Virus record (IMG/VR): IMGVR_UViG_3300045996_000252
Coordinates: 1,310 to 65,309 of that record
Reading direction: 5' to 3' (one strand)
Origin: a virus
Length of the DNA stretch: 64,000 nucleotides
Shown piece by piece: positions 17,339 through 27,443 of the stretch; position 1 is the first letter of the stretch; every line of letters starts with the position of its first letter. Below the pieces are notes generated by a model, which was given only the letters and a program-made list of their open reading frames with translations, had not been told where the DNA came from and ran no database searches. The position numbers and the translations under genes are program-made.

Positions 17339-20300
17339 TAACCCACCGTAGCCATATGTTCAAGGGCTGAAACAAACTCCTCAGCCGTGAAGATTTCACG
17401 CAGCGTATCTTGTGCTGCGCCGTTAACCGTACCATCCGGCGATGATACTTCGTGCCGGATAGTCAATACCTTGTTAGAGTCGAATTCGAAACCGAAGTCA
17501 GATGATAGCCCCTCAGCGCCCGGTCCATTGATGCGTGAAGCAATAGCGCCTGCTACTGCATCAGCCGCTCGCTCGTTAGCGGGAACGGTTGACAGCAATC
17601 CTTGAGCCAAAGACATACCGATGTTGGGACCGAACTCCATCAAGTGACGAAGGACACCCTTCTTGGTCGGTGACATAGCACCGATGTATGATCCAACAGA
17701 ACTAGACAGTCTGCGGGATGCCGCGTCCACTAGGTAGACGCTAGAGTAGAGTCCATCTGCAAGGCTGGAACCAGTGTTGTAACCATACGTACGAGCAACA
17801 GTCTGTAGGGCAGTTAGGCGTCCTTCTGCGGTAGCCTTGTACTGCTCTGCCGCTGCGCGAACCTGTGGGTCTTTGCTTCTAAGTGCAGCGGCCAATTCGT
17901 CACCAGACAGACGACCCTTGATTGCCATAATCTCGGACATGATATCCATACGGGTAGTCGTGCCGTTAATGTATCCATCCAAGATGCTAGTGAACTCGGG
18001 GCTGGTCTGCTTGATTGAAGTGTTAAGGTTGTTACCAATGCGAAGTCCGTAGTCCAGAGAAATGTTAGCCATTTGCTCCGCAGTCAATGTGAAGTCGTTC
18101 TTCGTCGTCTGTACTGCGCTCGTGAATCCGGGGATCGTCTGCATGTATCCAGAGTGAATCTGGTTAGCAGCGCTCACACCAGTGCGACGACCAGAGACAG
18201 TCAGGTATGACTCCTTCTCATCAGCGGCACGCTCTAGTGTCTTGTCATCACCGAACGAGCCACCCATGCTGCGAGAAGCACTCTTACCGATATCACCCAT
18301 GACCTTAGAGCCAGAAGTCGGAGACTCCATTCCCAAGAAGCCAAGGATGCCACCTACGATATCACCCACGAATCCAACTACTGCCTCAGTAGCCGCTCCG
18401 ATTGCTGCTCCCACGCCGTCTACCATGCCCTTGATAATGTTGCCACCAATCTCAAGCACTTCGTCCCAAATGGCAGGTAGGATTGCGGCAAGTAGCAACA
18501 GTAGACCAGCAATGATTACAGCCGGTCCAAGTGCGATTCCAAGCGCGATGGCGGCGTCGAAGGCCGTACCAATCGCAGCACCGATAATCGCTACAACGGG
18601 CATAACTGCCGCGCTGATAATAGCCCATAGTCCGGTAGCCGCAGCCACCACAGCGGCAGACGCTCGCTGTCCTAAGATTATGGCTGCATTATACGCAGCG
18701 CCGATAGCACTACCAATAGCGGCCACAACCGGCATAACGGCGGCTTGTACCTGTACCCACACGAACGTAACAGCGGCGATTAGGGCGGCTGCCACTCGGA
18801 TAGCCAGTGCCTTAGCGGCCATGAATGCAGCGGCGATTCTAGCGCCAATGCCCTTAACGATATTGATTGCCGTAGTCTCTACGAACGCCCATGCGGTCTG
18901 GAAGGCGGTGATAAGCGGTTGCGCCTTAGCCATAGCGAACGCCTTAGCCTTCATGAACGCGTCACCGATTGCGGCACCTAGCAACTGTACCTGTAGCATA
19001 GCAGCAAGGGCTACGCTGCGGATGGTGTTCATCAGCGCGGTCATCAGTAAGTTGTAACCACTGCTGATTCCGCTAGCGACTGCCTTTACGATGTTGACAC
19101 CAAGAGCGGCACCGATTATGATTACCAGACCAGAGGCTAGGGAGAAGATGTTATCGAACATAGCCTTGATTGCGCCCCATAGGATTTCCACGAAGCCCGA
19201 CAGGAATGCAACTAGCCCGTTCCAGAATGTCTCCCAATTCAGGGTCAACAATCCAGTGAACATATCGAAGATACCTTCGATGATCTTGAATGCACCCTTG
19301 ACTACACCGATGACCAACTCGACAAATGAACTCAAGGCTGCCATAGCCACGCCAAGCGCAACGGTCAAGCCAAGCACCAAGATATCTACAAGCGGCTGAA
19401 TCGCAGTCACAAGGGCTACGATAGCCGTGATCAGGATACCTACCGCGATACCAACTGCATTAATCGCACCAATGATGATGGTTCTCAAGACTGGCGCTAA
19501 TACGTCCGTGATGAAGCGCGTAAGCGCACCTAATGTGGGGAGAACGTACTCGGCAATCTCGCCTAGCGCAGTAGATATCTTCTCTGCCATACGGTCGAAG
19601 AAGTATACAATCTGGTCAATCGTGCGACTAATGAACTTAACGATATCGTCGGCCATATTGCGCAGCGGTTCCATGAACTGCTCAAACTTACGCTTTCCAG
19701 CCTCTAGCGCACGAGGTAGAACACTTGCCACATAGTCTACAATGGGGCCGAAGAACTTGCTACCAATATCAACAATGAACTCGCCAAGGTCACTTAGCAG
19801 TGATTGTGCATCGCGAACGAACTTGCCAACGCGCTGCTTCACAACATCGAACATCTTGGTCGCATCGTTTGCGAACGATCTGATGCCGTCCACCACATCA
19901 TCCCAATGTTCGTTGATGAACTTAACCGCGTTCTCGGTCATATCTCTGATGCCAAGCACGTTTCTATCCCACGCAGCATACAGGATGCCAACGGCTAGAA
20001 CAATCTTGCCAACGGGACCGGGAATACCAAGCATAGCGGCTGCGATGCCTGCAAACTTGCTGGCAGAGTTAAGTGCGTATAGTGCGGCAAGGGCAGTGAT
20101 CAACTTCTCGATCATGTCCACGGCCTGCGGGTTGTCTGCTACCGTACGGATGCCCTGTGCCAACAGGTCTAGTGCGCCTGCTACTCGTCGGGCCACGCGC
20201 TCTAGTAGGGGCAGGATCAACTCACCTAGCGACTTGAACATGTCCACGAATACAGAGCCAGTGCCGCCAAGGTCTAACTTGCTGAACAGGTAACCGAAGG

Positions 20301-22026
20301 CGTCGGCTACTCGCAACAGAGAATCACGGATGCCACCGAAGTTGTTAATCCAGATAGCGGTGATACCGGCTACGGCAAGGCCGATCATGGTGACAATCGG
20401 AACGAACCGACTCAACACACCTGCTACCGCTTCGGTGCGGCGACCTACAACGTTGCCAAAGTCGTCAACAACGTTGATTACCTGAGTGAAGCCAAGGAAC
20501 GCCATGCTCAAGCCCTGTACCACGAAAGCGATACCGGCTCCGAACGCCAACAGCACGCCAAGGGTAGTGAAGATCGCTCCACCGACCACAAGGGCTATAG
20601 AGGCGATGGCCGTGAACTGAACAATCCAGCGGGTTACGTCAGGGTGAGTGTCCAAGAACTCCTTGATCGAAATGAACATCTTGCCCAAGCCCTCTACGAA
20701 CGGCGCTGCCATAGCGGCTGCTGCTTGTCCAATAGCGCGGACTACGGGGCCAATGCTCTCTCGCAGGTAGCCCATCGTACCCTTCCACGAGATTTCAAGC
20801 AAGTGCATGGTCTGTTCGAACTGCGCAGAAGCGTTGTCTAGGTTATACTTCTCCTCATTGTAGACGTTGATTCCTTCTCTACGAGCACGAATCTGGTCTT
20901 CAATCAACGGGACAAGGGCACGCATTTCGTTCTGCGTTGTGATGATACCGATCAACTCACCACGCTGTTTGTCGGTCATGTTCTCCGTAGCAGCGGCCAA
21001 CTGGTCAACCAGTTCGGTGATACCTACGAACTCGCCGTTCGGGAACACCATTTCATCGAATGTCTTGCCAAGCGATGCAGTGCTCAACCACGCCGTGTCT
21101 AATGCCTTAGATGCACGAACGGTCGGGTCAAGCAACTGAGTGAACATCTGCTGTAGCGCACGACCAGCCTGAGAACCACGGATACCCATGTCTCCCAAGC
21201 GGCCTAGAACAAGTAGTAGGTCTTCATACTTAACGCCCAACGCAGGTGCGATGGTACCTGTGTAGCGGAACGCCTCGATCAAGTCGGTGTACTCGACAGC
21301 GGTGTTCTGCGTGATCATCATCAACTTTTCAGTAACGTCGCGGACGTTGGAGATTTCCTCACCAACGCGCTTTGCGCGACCAGCGGCTACGTCCTGTGTG
21401 GTAGCCAGTCTGGTAAGCCCAAGGTTGTACTGCTGGATAATCTGGTAAGTACCCTTGATTGCCTTTTCTACGTCAGTCTCAGTAATCGCGGCGGTCTGCA
21501 AGATAGGCAGCAAACCTTCCATCACGATACCAAGTTCCTTGTTGCTCTTTACGGTCTGACCTGTAGCAGAACCCCAATAGTAAACGGCCTTAGCAACTTC
21601 TTCTGCGGGGAACAATCGGGCGCTCTGAGCCGTCTTGTCAATCTCGTTTTGCAGTCTGGTGAAAATAGGTGAAGTCGTATCGAAGATACCCAACGCACCA
21701 GCGGCACGGTGAACGCTGAACTCGTACTCGCCCCACGCGTCAACCGACGCCTTAAGGTTTTCTAGCCCGAATTGGCCCATGCCTGTCAGGTCGCGACCTA
21801 GCGCCTGTAGGTGGGAGGCAGCACGGAACACTGCGTCGAACTGTCGCTCTAGCGCGTTCAGTCCCTCTCGGAACGCTCCCCAACTGCTCTGTGCCTTAAC
21901 GGCCTCAGACGCAGACGCTCGTACAGCGCCCGCCGCCTTATTCAGTCCATCATTGAGCCTATTTATGTTATCAAGGCCGGAGCCTTGAACAATTATTCGT
22001 AACTGAATATCAGATAATTCGGCCAT
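17338..22026 (-). CDS. tail tape measure protein
   Basis: 1562 aa. Largely alpha-helical Ala-rich sequence with hydrophobic blocks. Canonical position after the chaperone pair. Confidence 0.85.
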   Translation of the reverse strand: MAELSDIQLRIIVQGSGLDNINRLNDGLNKAAGAVRASASEAVKAQSSWGAFREGLNALERQFDAVFRAASHLQALGRDLTGMGQFGLENLKASVDAWGEYEFSVHRAAGALGIFDTTSPIFTRLQNEIDKTAQSARLFPAEEVAKAVYYWGSATGQTVKSNKELGIVMEGLLPILQTAAITETDVEKAIKGTYQIIQQYNLGLTRLATTQDVAAGRAKRVGEEISNVRDVTEKLMMITQNTAVEYTDLIEAFRYTGTIAPALGVKYEDLLLVLGRLGDMGIRGSQAGRALQQMFTQLLDPTVRASKALDTAWLSTASLGKTFDEMVFPNGEFVGITELVDQLAAATENMTDKQRGELIGIITTQNEMRALVPLIEDQIRARREGINVYNEEKYNLDNASAQFEQTMHLLEISWKGTMGYLRESIGPVVRAIGQAAAAMAAPFVEGLGKMFISIKEFLDTHPDVTRWIVQFTAIASIALVVGGAIFTTLGVLLAFGAGIAFVVQGLSMAFLGFTQVINVVDDFGNVVGRRTEAVAGVLSRFVPIVTMIGLAVAGITAIWINNFGGIRDSLLRVADAFGYLFSKLDLGGTGSVFVDMFKSLGELILPLLERVARRVAGALDLLAQGIRTVADNPQAVDMIEKLITALAALYALNSASKFAGIAAAMLGIPGPVGKIVLAVGILYAAWDRNVLGIRDMTENAVKFINEHWDDVVDGIRSFANDATKMFDVVKQRVGKFVRDAQSLLSDLGEFIVDIGSKFFGPIVDYVASVLPRALEAGKRKFEQFMEPLRNMADDIVKFISRTIDQIVYFFDRMAEKISTALGEIAEYVLPTLGALTRFITDVLAPVLRTIIIGAINAVGIAVGILITAIVALVTAIQPLVDILVLGLTVALGVAMAALSSFVELVIGVVKGAFKIIEGIFDMFTGLLTLNWETFWNGLVAFLSGFVEILWGAIKAMFDNIFSLASGLVIIIGAALGVNIVKAVASGISSGYNLLMTALMNTIRSVALAAMLQVQLLGAAIGDAFMKAKAFAMAKAQPLITAFQTAWAFVETTAINIVKGIGARIAAAFMAAKALAIRVAAALIAAVTFVWVQVQAAVMPVVAAIGSAIGAAYNAAIILGQRASAAVVAAATGLWAIISAAVMPVVAIIGAAIGTAFDAAIALGIALGPAVIIAGLLLLLAAILPAIWDEVLEIGGNIIKGMVDGVGAAIGAATEAVVGFVGDIVGGILGFLGMESPTSGSKVMGDIGKSASRSMGGSFGDDKTLERAADEKESYLTVSGRRTGVSAANQIHSGYMQTIPGFTSAVQTTKNDFTLTAEQMANISLDYGLRIGNNLNTSIKQTSPEFTSILDGYINGTTTRMDIMSEIMAIKGRLSGDELAAALRSKDPQVRAAAEQYKATAEGRLTALQTVARTYGYNTGSSLADGLYSSVYLVDAASRRLSSSVGSYIGAMSPTKKGVLRHLMEFGPNIGMSLAQGLLSTVPANERAADAVAGAIASRINGPGAEGLSSDFGFEFDSNKVLTIRHEVSSPDGTVNGAAQDTLREIFTAEEFVSALEHMATVG

Positions 22027-22107
22027 TTACACACAAAAAGACACCGTGACTTCGTTCCTCAAACCTAGCGATTGCGCTATATATGTGGAACGAAACCACG
22101 GTGCCTC

Positions 22108-22390
22108 CTAAGAATTACTATTGAGCCGGTTGTTAGTGGCTCGTCTGTCGCCCGCCATGAAGTGCCCAAAAAACTCCATCAAGCGGTAGGGTTGATCTAG
22201 CATGCCACCTGCCTCGGGCAGAATGAAGCCAGTAGTCCACGGCACGACAATGCGTAGGACTTTGTTTCGACCCTTGTTACGTTCAATCGTGAAAAGTTGC
22301 TGTTCTCGACAAAGAAGATACAACTGAAAAGCAGCGGCTATTTCAGGATATTGTCTTCTTAGGCTCGCGGTAGAGTTTCCCTCTGCCGTT
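22108..22390 (-). CDS. tail assembly chaperone, -1 frame extension (gpT-like)
   Basis: This frame is open across the stop of 22359..22781 and shifted by -1. The arrangement is the classic G/GT one before a tape measure. Confidence 0.4.
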
Positions 22391-22781
22391 TGCCGCGCGA
22401 GGTCGAAACTTTTGACGCTTCGTTACTCGACGGACTAATCGAACCGAAGTGCTCGATCAACTTAGAGTCAATCAAGTCAGCGGCTTCGCGATCCAATTCA
22501 AGATAACTATCGACCGTAGCAGGTTCGGGGACGGACCATCCAACAACTAGCGACTCAAAGAGCGCCTGCTGGAATTCTAGCCCTTCTTGTAGGGTCAGTC
22601 CGCCATCCTCAGAAATTTCTCTATTAGGCATCTTGCTCATCAAAGCATTGAACTGTCGCTTAGACATGTCCTTGCGTACCTCGATGAAGTCTCCTTCGCC
22701 AAGGTCAATTCTAGTGCTTTCGTCTGATGCAAACTTTAGGATTCCCATTTGTTCTCCTCTAGGAAGTAGAGGGCGGGGCAA
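22359..22781 (-). CDS. tail assembly chaperone (gpG-like)
   Basis: 140-aa acidic ORF between the major tail protein and the tape measure. Confidence 0.5.
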   Translation of the reverse strand: MPRPLLPRGEQMGILKFASDESTRIDLGEGDFIEVRKDMSKRQFNALMSKMPNREISEDGGLTLQEGLEFQQALFESLVVGWSVPEPATVDSYLELDREAADLIDSKLIEHFGSISPSSNEASKVSTSRGKRQRETLPRA

Positions 22782-22817
22782 CCAGTCAATTGACCAGACC
22801 CCGCCCGCCAGTTTAAC

Positions 22818-23768
22818 TTAGGCTACCGTTGGCTCGTTGTTCACAAGCGTCATGGTAAAGATCGGTGCTCCTGATGGCTTTAGGATCAGTGCGTCTGCAC
22901 TTTGCTCCAAGAAGTCACCAGCCGACAATGCAACGCCGGATGTATTCCATCGAACCTTCGGAATCTGGATTCGGAGCGCAGGCTTGTTAGTTCCCATGCC
23001 AGTCATGCCAGACTCACCTTCGAATAGAAGGTCTACGTCGAAGAATGTTTCCGCTAGGAAGCGGTCGTATTCAGACGCGTCCGTGAAGTCCAATGTGCTG
23101 CTTAGTCCAACGTCACGCAATCCTAGCGCCGTTCGACGCCATGATCGTGTTCTTCGAAGTGTACCAACACGTTCTAGGTTGTTACCGATGCTGAACGAGA
23201 AGTCCTTAACATGGGCCATAACCGCGCCTGCGATTGATACCTGTGCACCTGAGAAGTGGAACGGCATTACGTCTGCGTACACTTCATTGCTCTCTGCACC
23301 CTGCTTTACGCGAGTGGTTCCTTCAAGTCCCCACGAACTCGTTACAATCTCACCGAACGCGGCGTTGATTTCAAGCGTGTTAACTCGGATACCACCGTAT
23401 CGCATCACGAGGATACCAGCGGCAGATGATTCGAAGGTGAATGTTGGGCTTGTGCTGCCCGGTGTGATTACGTGCTGGTAGCCACCGCCTGCATATGCAG
23501 ACGTTACTACAGAACCAGCCGCAGCCGACTTCAATAGGCTTGAAATGTCGTTGGGGATTAACTCCAACTCCATTGAGCCAGAAGTCATATAGGGAGCCGC
23601 CATCGCTACGTAGCGGTCGCGGTCACCCCTGATTTGTTCAGGCACAATGTAGTCATTCGTGTCTTCGAAACTGAATGACGTAACCGGCAAGAACTTCGTA
23701 GGTGCAACGGCTGTGCCTTCAACAGACTCAACACCGTATCCTACATAACCAATAGCGCCAAGACTCAT
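22818..23768 (-). CDS. major tail protein
   Basis: 316 aa. Position and size fit a siphovirus tail tube protein. Confidence 0.55.
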   Translation of the reverse strand: MSLGAIGYVGYGVESVEGTAVAPTKFLPVTSFSFEDTNDYIVPEQIRGDRDRYVAMAAPYMTSGSMELELIPNDISSLLKSAAAGSVVTSAYAGGGYQHVITPGSTSPTFTFESSAAGILVMRYGGIRVNTLEINAAFGEIVTSSWGLEGTTRVKQGAESNEVYADVMPFHFSGAQVSIAGAVMAHVKDFSFSIGNNLERVGTLRRTRSWRRTALGLRDVGLSSTLDFTDASEYDRFLAETFFDVDLLFEGESGMTGMGTNKPALRIQIPKVRWNTSGVALSAGDFLEQSADALILKPSGAPIFTMTLVNNEPTVA

Positions 23769-23783
23769 TTATCTCTCCGTTGA

Positions 23784-24269
23784 TTAATTCTCACGCTGGT
23801 ACTGCTTATTCACAGCCAGCGTTAACTGAGCGGACTTGGCGATTACCGAGCCACGCACTTCGACCATATAGTTAGTAGCATCTACTGCCACTTCACGCAC
23901 GTTTCCTGCCTCACCGTCCAGCCTGCGATTGGCTGTTCGACGCAACCACTTGCGCATAGCGAGTGCTGCCTGAGTAAGTTTCCGGTCGCCCTTAGCCTCC
24001 TCAACATCCTTCTCAAAGAATTCCTTTGAGTCGATTATAAGGGTGATCAGCACTTCTAGAGTTCGTATCTCGTATCCGGTCGTTTCAGATACGGGAGCAT
24101 CACGAATTGGTTGCACCAAAATCGCAGGATACAGCCAAACGGGGATAATCCCCGGATCGCCAAAGTAAATCGACTCAATTCCAAGAATGTCAGCAATGCC
24201 ACCATCTTGCGACGAGGTTTCAGAAAAAGTTTGAAGTTCCGACTTCAACTTATCAATGACTAGTTCCAT
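23784..24269 (-). CDS. tail terminator / neck protein
   Basis: 161 aa, positioned between the head-tail proteins and the major tail protein. Confidence 0.35.
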   Translation of the reverse strand: MELVIDKLKSELQTFSETSSQDGGIADILGIESIYFGDPGIIPVWLYPAILVQPIRDAPVSETTGYEIRTLEVLITLIIDSKEFFEKDVEEAKGDRKLTQAALAMRKWLRRTANRRLDGEAGNVREVAVDATNYMVEVRGSVIAKSAQLTLAVNKQYQREN

Positions 24270-24796
24270 TACTTAGGAATTACCTCGTCCCTAATCCACT
24301 CAATCGTACCCAATCTTGCTGCCAAAATTACGTTTCGATCAGTGAACCAGTATTGTCGTCTAGGAGGCGTCCAGTTACCCTTTTGATGAACGGTCTTCGG
24401 GCCGCTCATGCCAAGAGTAGCAGTGTCTCCTGAAATTTCCAGTGTAGCGCTGGTGCGAATTGCGCGGCCATCATTCATGCCATAGGAAACGGCTGTGCCC
24501 TCTTTCCCTTGCATGAAGTACAATGTACTCATCGCATATAGGGAACCGTGTCGAATCAAGATTGGGTGTTGTCCACCGAACCCCTCTGCCTCACGATCCT
24601 CTACTGTGCGTTGAGCCAAGGCTACCCAACCGCCAATTTGCGATCCCTCGCTCCGATAGTTGTGCGCCCACATTTCTGCTACGCGCTTAACCGCATTGCG
24701 AGGATCAGGAACTTGCAACTTCTTTAAGATCAAGTTGAAAGCCTGCATCGCAGCATCTATACCAGCGTTTTGTTCAATCGTTATAGTGATAGGCAT
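24269..24796 (-). CDS. head-tail joining / head closure protein
   Basis: 175 aa, by position. Confidence 0.35.
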   Translation of the reverse strand: MPITITIEQNAGIDAAMQAFNLILKKLQVPDPRNAVKRVAEMWAHNYRSEGSQIGGWVALAQRTVEDREAEGFGGQHPILIRHGSLYAMSTLYFMQGKEGTAVSYGMNDGRAIRTSATLEISGDTATLGMSGPKTVHQKGNWTPPRRQYWFTDRNVILAARLGTIEWIRDEVIPK

Positions 24797-24798
24797 GA

Positions 24799-25344
24799 TT
24801 AGCCAATCCGTCTACGGCGATAGTTCTCCAACATTTCGCCAATCTGCTCTGTGGTGAACGGGACCAGTTCGGCGGGACGCTCCGGTGTCGGTCCAGCGAA
24901 GTTGGGTCTAAGCAACTCTGTAGTCCACAACGCCGTCGCGTGCTTGATCGGACCCGGTACAGGATCGAATCCTGCGGTGTAGGTGATCGTGTAAATTCTA
25001 TCTCTACGCCACGGACCTTGCGTGACCGGGAACTTCCACTCTAGTACGCCAGAAGGGTGAACGCGAATGTAGTTGGTATCGACGGTCCACGAACCACCGA
25101 AGTCATCTTCGTAGGTAATCGTATCAACAGACTGGACAGGGTATTGATCAACCAGTATCCTATTGTTGCCGGTGCCGTACAGAACCTCTACGTGCTCTTG
25201 CAGTTCAAACTTACGTTCGCAGTAGGCTTCCACCTGCTCGCTAGCGGTCTGGATGAACTCGTCAATGCTCTCCATGAAGGGCTGCATCTGCTTGGTCAGG
25301 CCCAATGGCAACTTGTCAAAGTATTCTCTAGTGATCAATGCCAT
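24799..25344 (-). CDS. head-tail connector (adaptor) protein
   Basis: 181 aa, downstream of the capsid module. Confidence 0.4.
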   Translation of the reverse strand: MALITREYFDKLPLGLTKQMQPFMESIDEFIQTASEQVEAYCERKFELQEHVEVLYGTGNNRILVDQYPVQSVDTITYEDDFGGSWTVDTNYIRVHPSGVLEWKFPVTQGPWRRDRIYTITYTAGFDPVPGPIKHATALWTTELLRPNFAGPTPERPAELVPFTTEQIGEMLENYRRRRIG

Positions 25345-25561
25345 TACGAAGAATTCCTATTTCTGCCGTCATCCGGCGCTCTGCGCTGAGAGGCGTTGCG
25401 GCGGCGTCTTGCTGACCGTAGCGCTCCCTGCACAATTCTGGTTCTCGCTCTAAGTGAGAATCGTCGCTTGTTAAGACCACGGCGAAGTCTCGCACGCTGG
25501 AACGACCCTCTCTCTGTACGGAACTTAGGTCGTCGCTTTGCCTGCGGTCCACGCTTGTCAC
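25328..25561 (-). CDS. hypothetical protein (alternative: Arg-rich ORF 25344..25646)
   Basis: This ORF fills the gap exactly. A competing frame encodes a 100-aa poly-Arg/Lys protein. Confidence 0.25.
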   Translation of the reverse strand: MTSVDRRQSDDLSSVQREGRSSVRDFAVVLTSDDSHLEREPELCRERYGQQDAAATPLSAERRMTAEIGILRNGIDH

Positions 25562-26790
25562 GGACTACTCTCCCCGTCCGGGTGACCGCCTGCTTCATGC
25601 TTCTTCGTCGCTTCCGCTTGCGCTTCCGCCGCTCGTACAACGCCATCTAGCAGTAACTCCTTGAAACGATCCCACGTGAACGCCTTAACGCGTTCAAGGC
25701 CCAATTCGGCGCGACGAGCACGCTCCTTCGGATTCCGCTTCAATGCGAGGATTTCCTTCGCTAGCGCTTTCGGATCAATGTTGGCATACTTAGTGCCTGA
25801 CTTGTGTATTTCCCAATCGTACGGACGGACTCCCACGCCCGCAGGACTCGCAACTTCCCAACCTGCCCCATAACGGGTGACTACGACCGGAACTCCACAA
25901 GCCATCGCTTCCGCGATTGGGAGTCCAAATCCTTCCACTTGTGATGGAAGAACGAAAAGGTCGGCAGCGTTGTACATGTCAACGAGCGTCGGGTCTGATT
26001 CACTGGCTACAGGAATTGCAGCGTTGTGAGCGTCCATCTTCGGATGGAAGACGACCTCGTTATACACGCCATACGCATTCGTGATTATGGGGAGGTTCCA
26101 GCCTTCCAGCCAGTAATTGTTATGTGGTACAGTGTGTGCATATAGGATGATATCCTTTTGCTTGTACTGGTGCTTCAAGATGGACAGCGCCTCGATGAGT
26201 CGCGGCCATTGCTTGCGTCGGACATTCTGCGCTACGCAGATAATGACGAACTTGTCTTCCCAACCGAACATGCGCCGCGTTTCTTCTCGCTTCGCCTTGT
26301 CGGGCTTGAAGTCTGAGTCGATGCCGTGATAAGCATAGTCAATGTCGCGATTAAGCGACTGCTTCGCCACGTCAACTCCGTACTGTGAGCATGTGAACCA
26401 GTGGACACTTGACAAAACTTCTCTCCACTGGTATTCTACTATCGGCTCTCCCTCTATTGGCACATAGCCATAGAAGGGAATGCGGGCCGGGATGGTCTTA
26501 GTGTATGCGGTGAACGTACCCGGATCGCCGGTATTGTATACCACGTCCGCCTGAAAGTCTTCAATGGCATCCTGAACGCTCAAGAGGCCCATGTAGTCTT
26601 TCTCGTGCGGAAGGTATCTAGCCTTCGTCCCCGGTAGTTGCGGCAGGTTCGTCTTGCTGTTCTCCTGCCCCGCCAGATACGCTACGTGGTACCCCGATTG
26701 CATCAGCGTTTCCGCCGCTGCCCGATTGACCTTGCCGAACCCCGTTTGTAAGGCGGGGCTGTCTCCGACGATTAGAATTCTTTTGCTCAC
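25558..26790 (-). CDS. GT-B fold glycosyltransferase (GT4-like)
   Basis: 410 aa. N-terminal 'KRILIVGDSPALQTGFGKV'. C-terminal 'VLPSQVEGFGLPIAEAMACGVPVVVT' (E-x7-E). Confidence 0.8.
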   Translation of the reverse strand: MSKRILIVGDSPALQTGFGKVNRAAAETLMQSGYHVAYLAGQENSKTNLPQLPGTKARYLPHEKDYMGLLSVQDAIEDFQADVVYNTGDPGTFTAYTKTIPARIPFYGYVPIEGEPIVEYQWREVLSSVHWFTCSQYGVDVAKQSLNRDIDYAYHGIDSDFKPDKAKREETRRMFGWEDKFVIICVAQNVRRKQWPRLIEALSILKHQYKQKDIILYAHTVPHNNYWLEGWNLPIITNAYGVYNEVVFHPKMDAHNAAIPVASESDPTLVDMYNAADLFVLPSQVEGFGLPIAEAMACGVPVVVTRYGAGWEVASPAGVGVRPYDWEIHKSGTKYANIDPKALAKEILALKRNPKERARRAELGLERVKAFTWDRFKELLLDGVVRAAEAQAEATKKHEAGGHPDGESSP

Positions 26791-27034
26791 TGGTTGGCTC
26801 CTCTTGGGAATCTGTTACTGTCGCTGCTGCGACTATATCTGTGTAACGGTTAGCGTGAATAGGCTGGCCGTCCTCAGTATGACGAAAGCCCATCAGCCAA
26901 GCGCGACGAATCCACGTCTTGTTGTCAGCGGGCAACTCGATCACGCCGCCCTTTACGGCTACGTGACCAGAGTAGAAGTAAAACTTCCAATCGTTCTGTC
27001 GAGTAATATGCTTCAATCGTACGACTTCGGCCAT
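26618..27034 (-). CDS. hypothetical protein; its 3' end overlaps the glycosyltransferase start out of frame
   Basis: Internal Met 'MAEVVRLKHITRQNDWKFYFYSGHV...' with an aggtaa RBS-like motif. The 170-nt overlap is unusual. Confidence 0.3.
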   Translation of the reverse strand: MAEVVRLKHITRQNDWKFYFYSGHVAVKGGVIELPADNKTWIRRAWLMGFRHTEDGQPIHANRYTDIVAAATVTDSQEEPTSEQKNSNRRRQPRLTNGVRQGQSGSGGNADAIGVPRSVSGGAGEQQDEPAATTGDEG

Positions 27035-27038
27035 CTTA

Positions 27039-27401
27039 TTACCTATTCGGGTCTGACGAAGGCGCGTTGGTCGGGAATGCTCGCTCATCAGGATAAGCGA
27101 CTGCACCACCAGCACCAGAAGCCTTACGTGCTTCCACGGCTGCGAATACATCAGTAGCCGCGTACGCTTCGTACGCTTCCTGAGTACCCTGATTGAAGGA
27201 CTGGTTCTCCTCGTCACGAAGTTCGTGAGAGCCTGCCAATCCCTGTGAATCCATTGATCCGGCGTCAGTGTTGTTCACACGTGCCTTGTTGCTAGAAGCG
27301 GTTGTAAGCGGCAGTCCCTCAGCGGTGATCCGCGCCACAATGTCATCCTTCTCCAACTTAGCGATCTGAGCAAGTGTACGCTGGTTGCTATTTACTGGCA
27401 T
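27039..27401 (-). CDS. hypothetical head protein (decoration?)
   Basis: 120 aa, immediately downstream of the major capsid protein. Confidence 0.35.
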   Translation of the reverse strand: MPVNSNQRTLAQIAKLEKDDIVARITAEGLPLTTASSNKARVNNTDAGSMDSQGLAGSHELRDEENQSFNQGTQEAYEAYAATDVFAAVEARKASGAGGAVAYPDERAFPTNAPSSDPNR

Positions 27402-27443
27402 GGTTTCTCCTTAGTGAAGGGGGGCTTACGCCCCCCGTATCAC

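Noticed and set aside
17387-21988. Many 60-290-aa ORFs antisense to or inside the tape measure gene (for example 18182..19057, 19742..20293)
   Set aside because: They are embedded in a single 1562-aa ORF with canonical position and composition; this is a typical Ala-rich GC-skew artefact.
22837-23481. Plus-strand 214-aa ORF antisense to the major tail protein, and similar antisense ORFs in NrdJ (35662..36021, 37322..37873), the amidoligase (51893..52543, 52389..52904) and elsewhere
   Set aside because: Each overlaps a longer, functionally recognisable gene on the other strand and sits against operon polarity.
25344-25646. 100-aa poly-Arg/Lys ORF (MALYERRKRKRKRRR...)
   Set aside because: It overlaps the glycosyltransferase 3' end by 88 nt and competes with another frame. 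It may be real (a DNA-binding or packaged protein) but more likely is a GC-rich frame artefact; I kept it only as an alternative.
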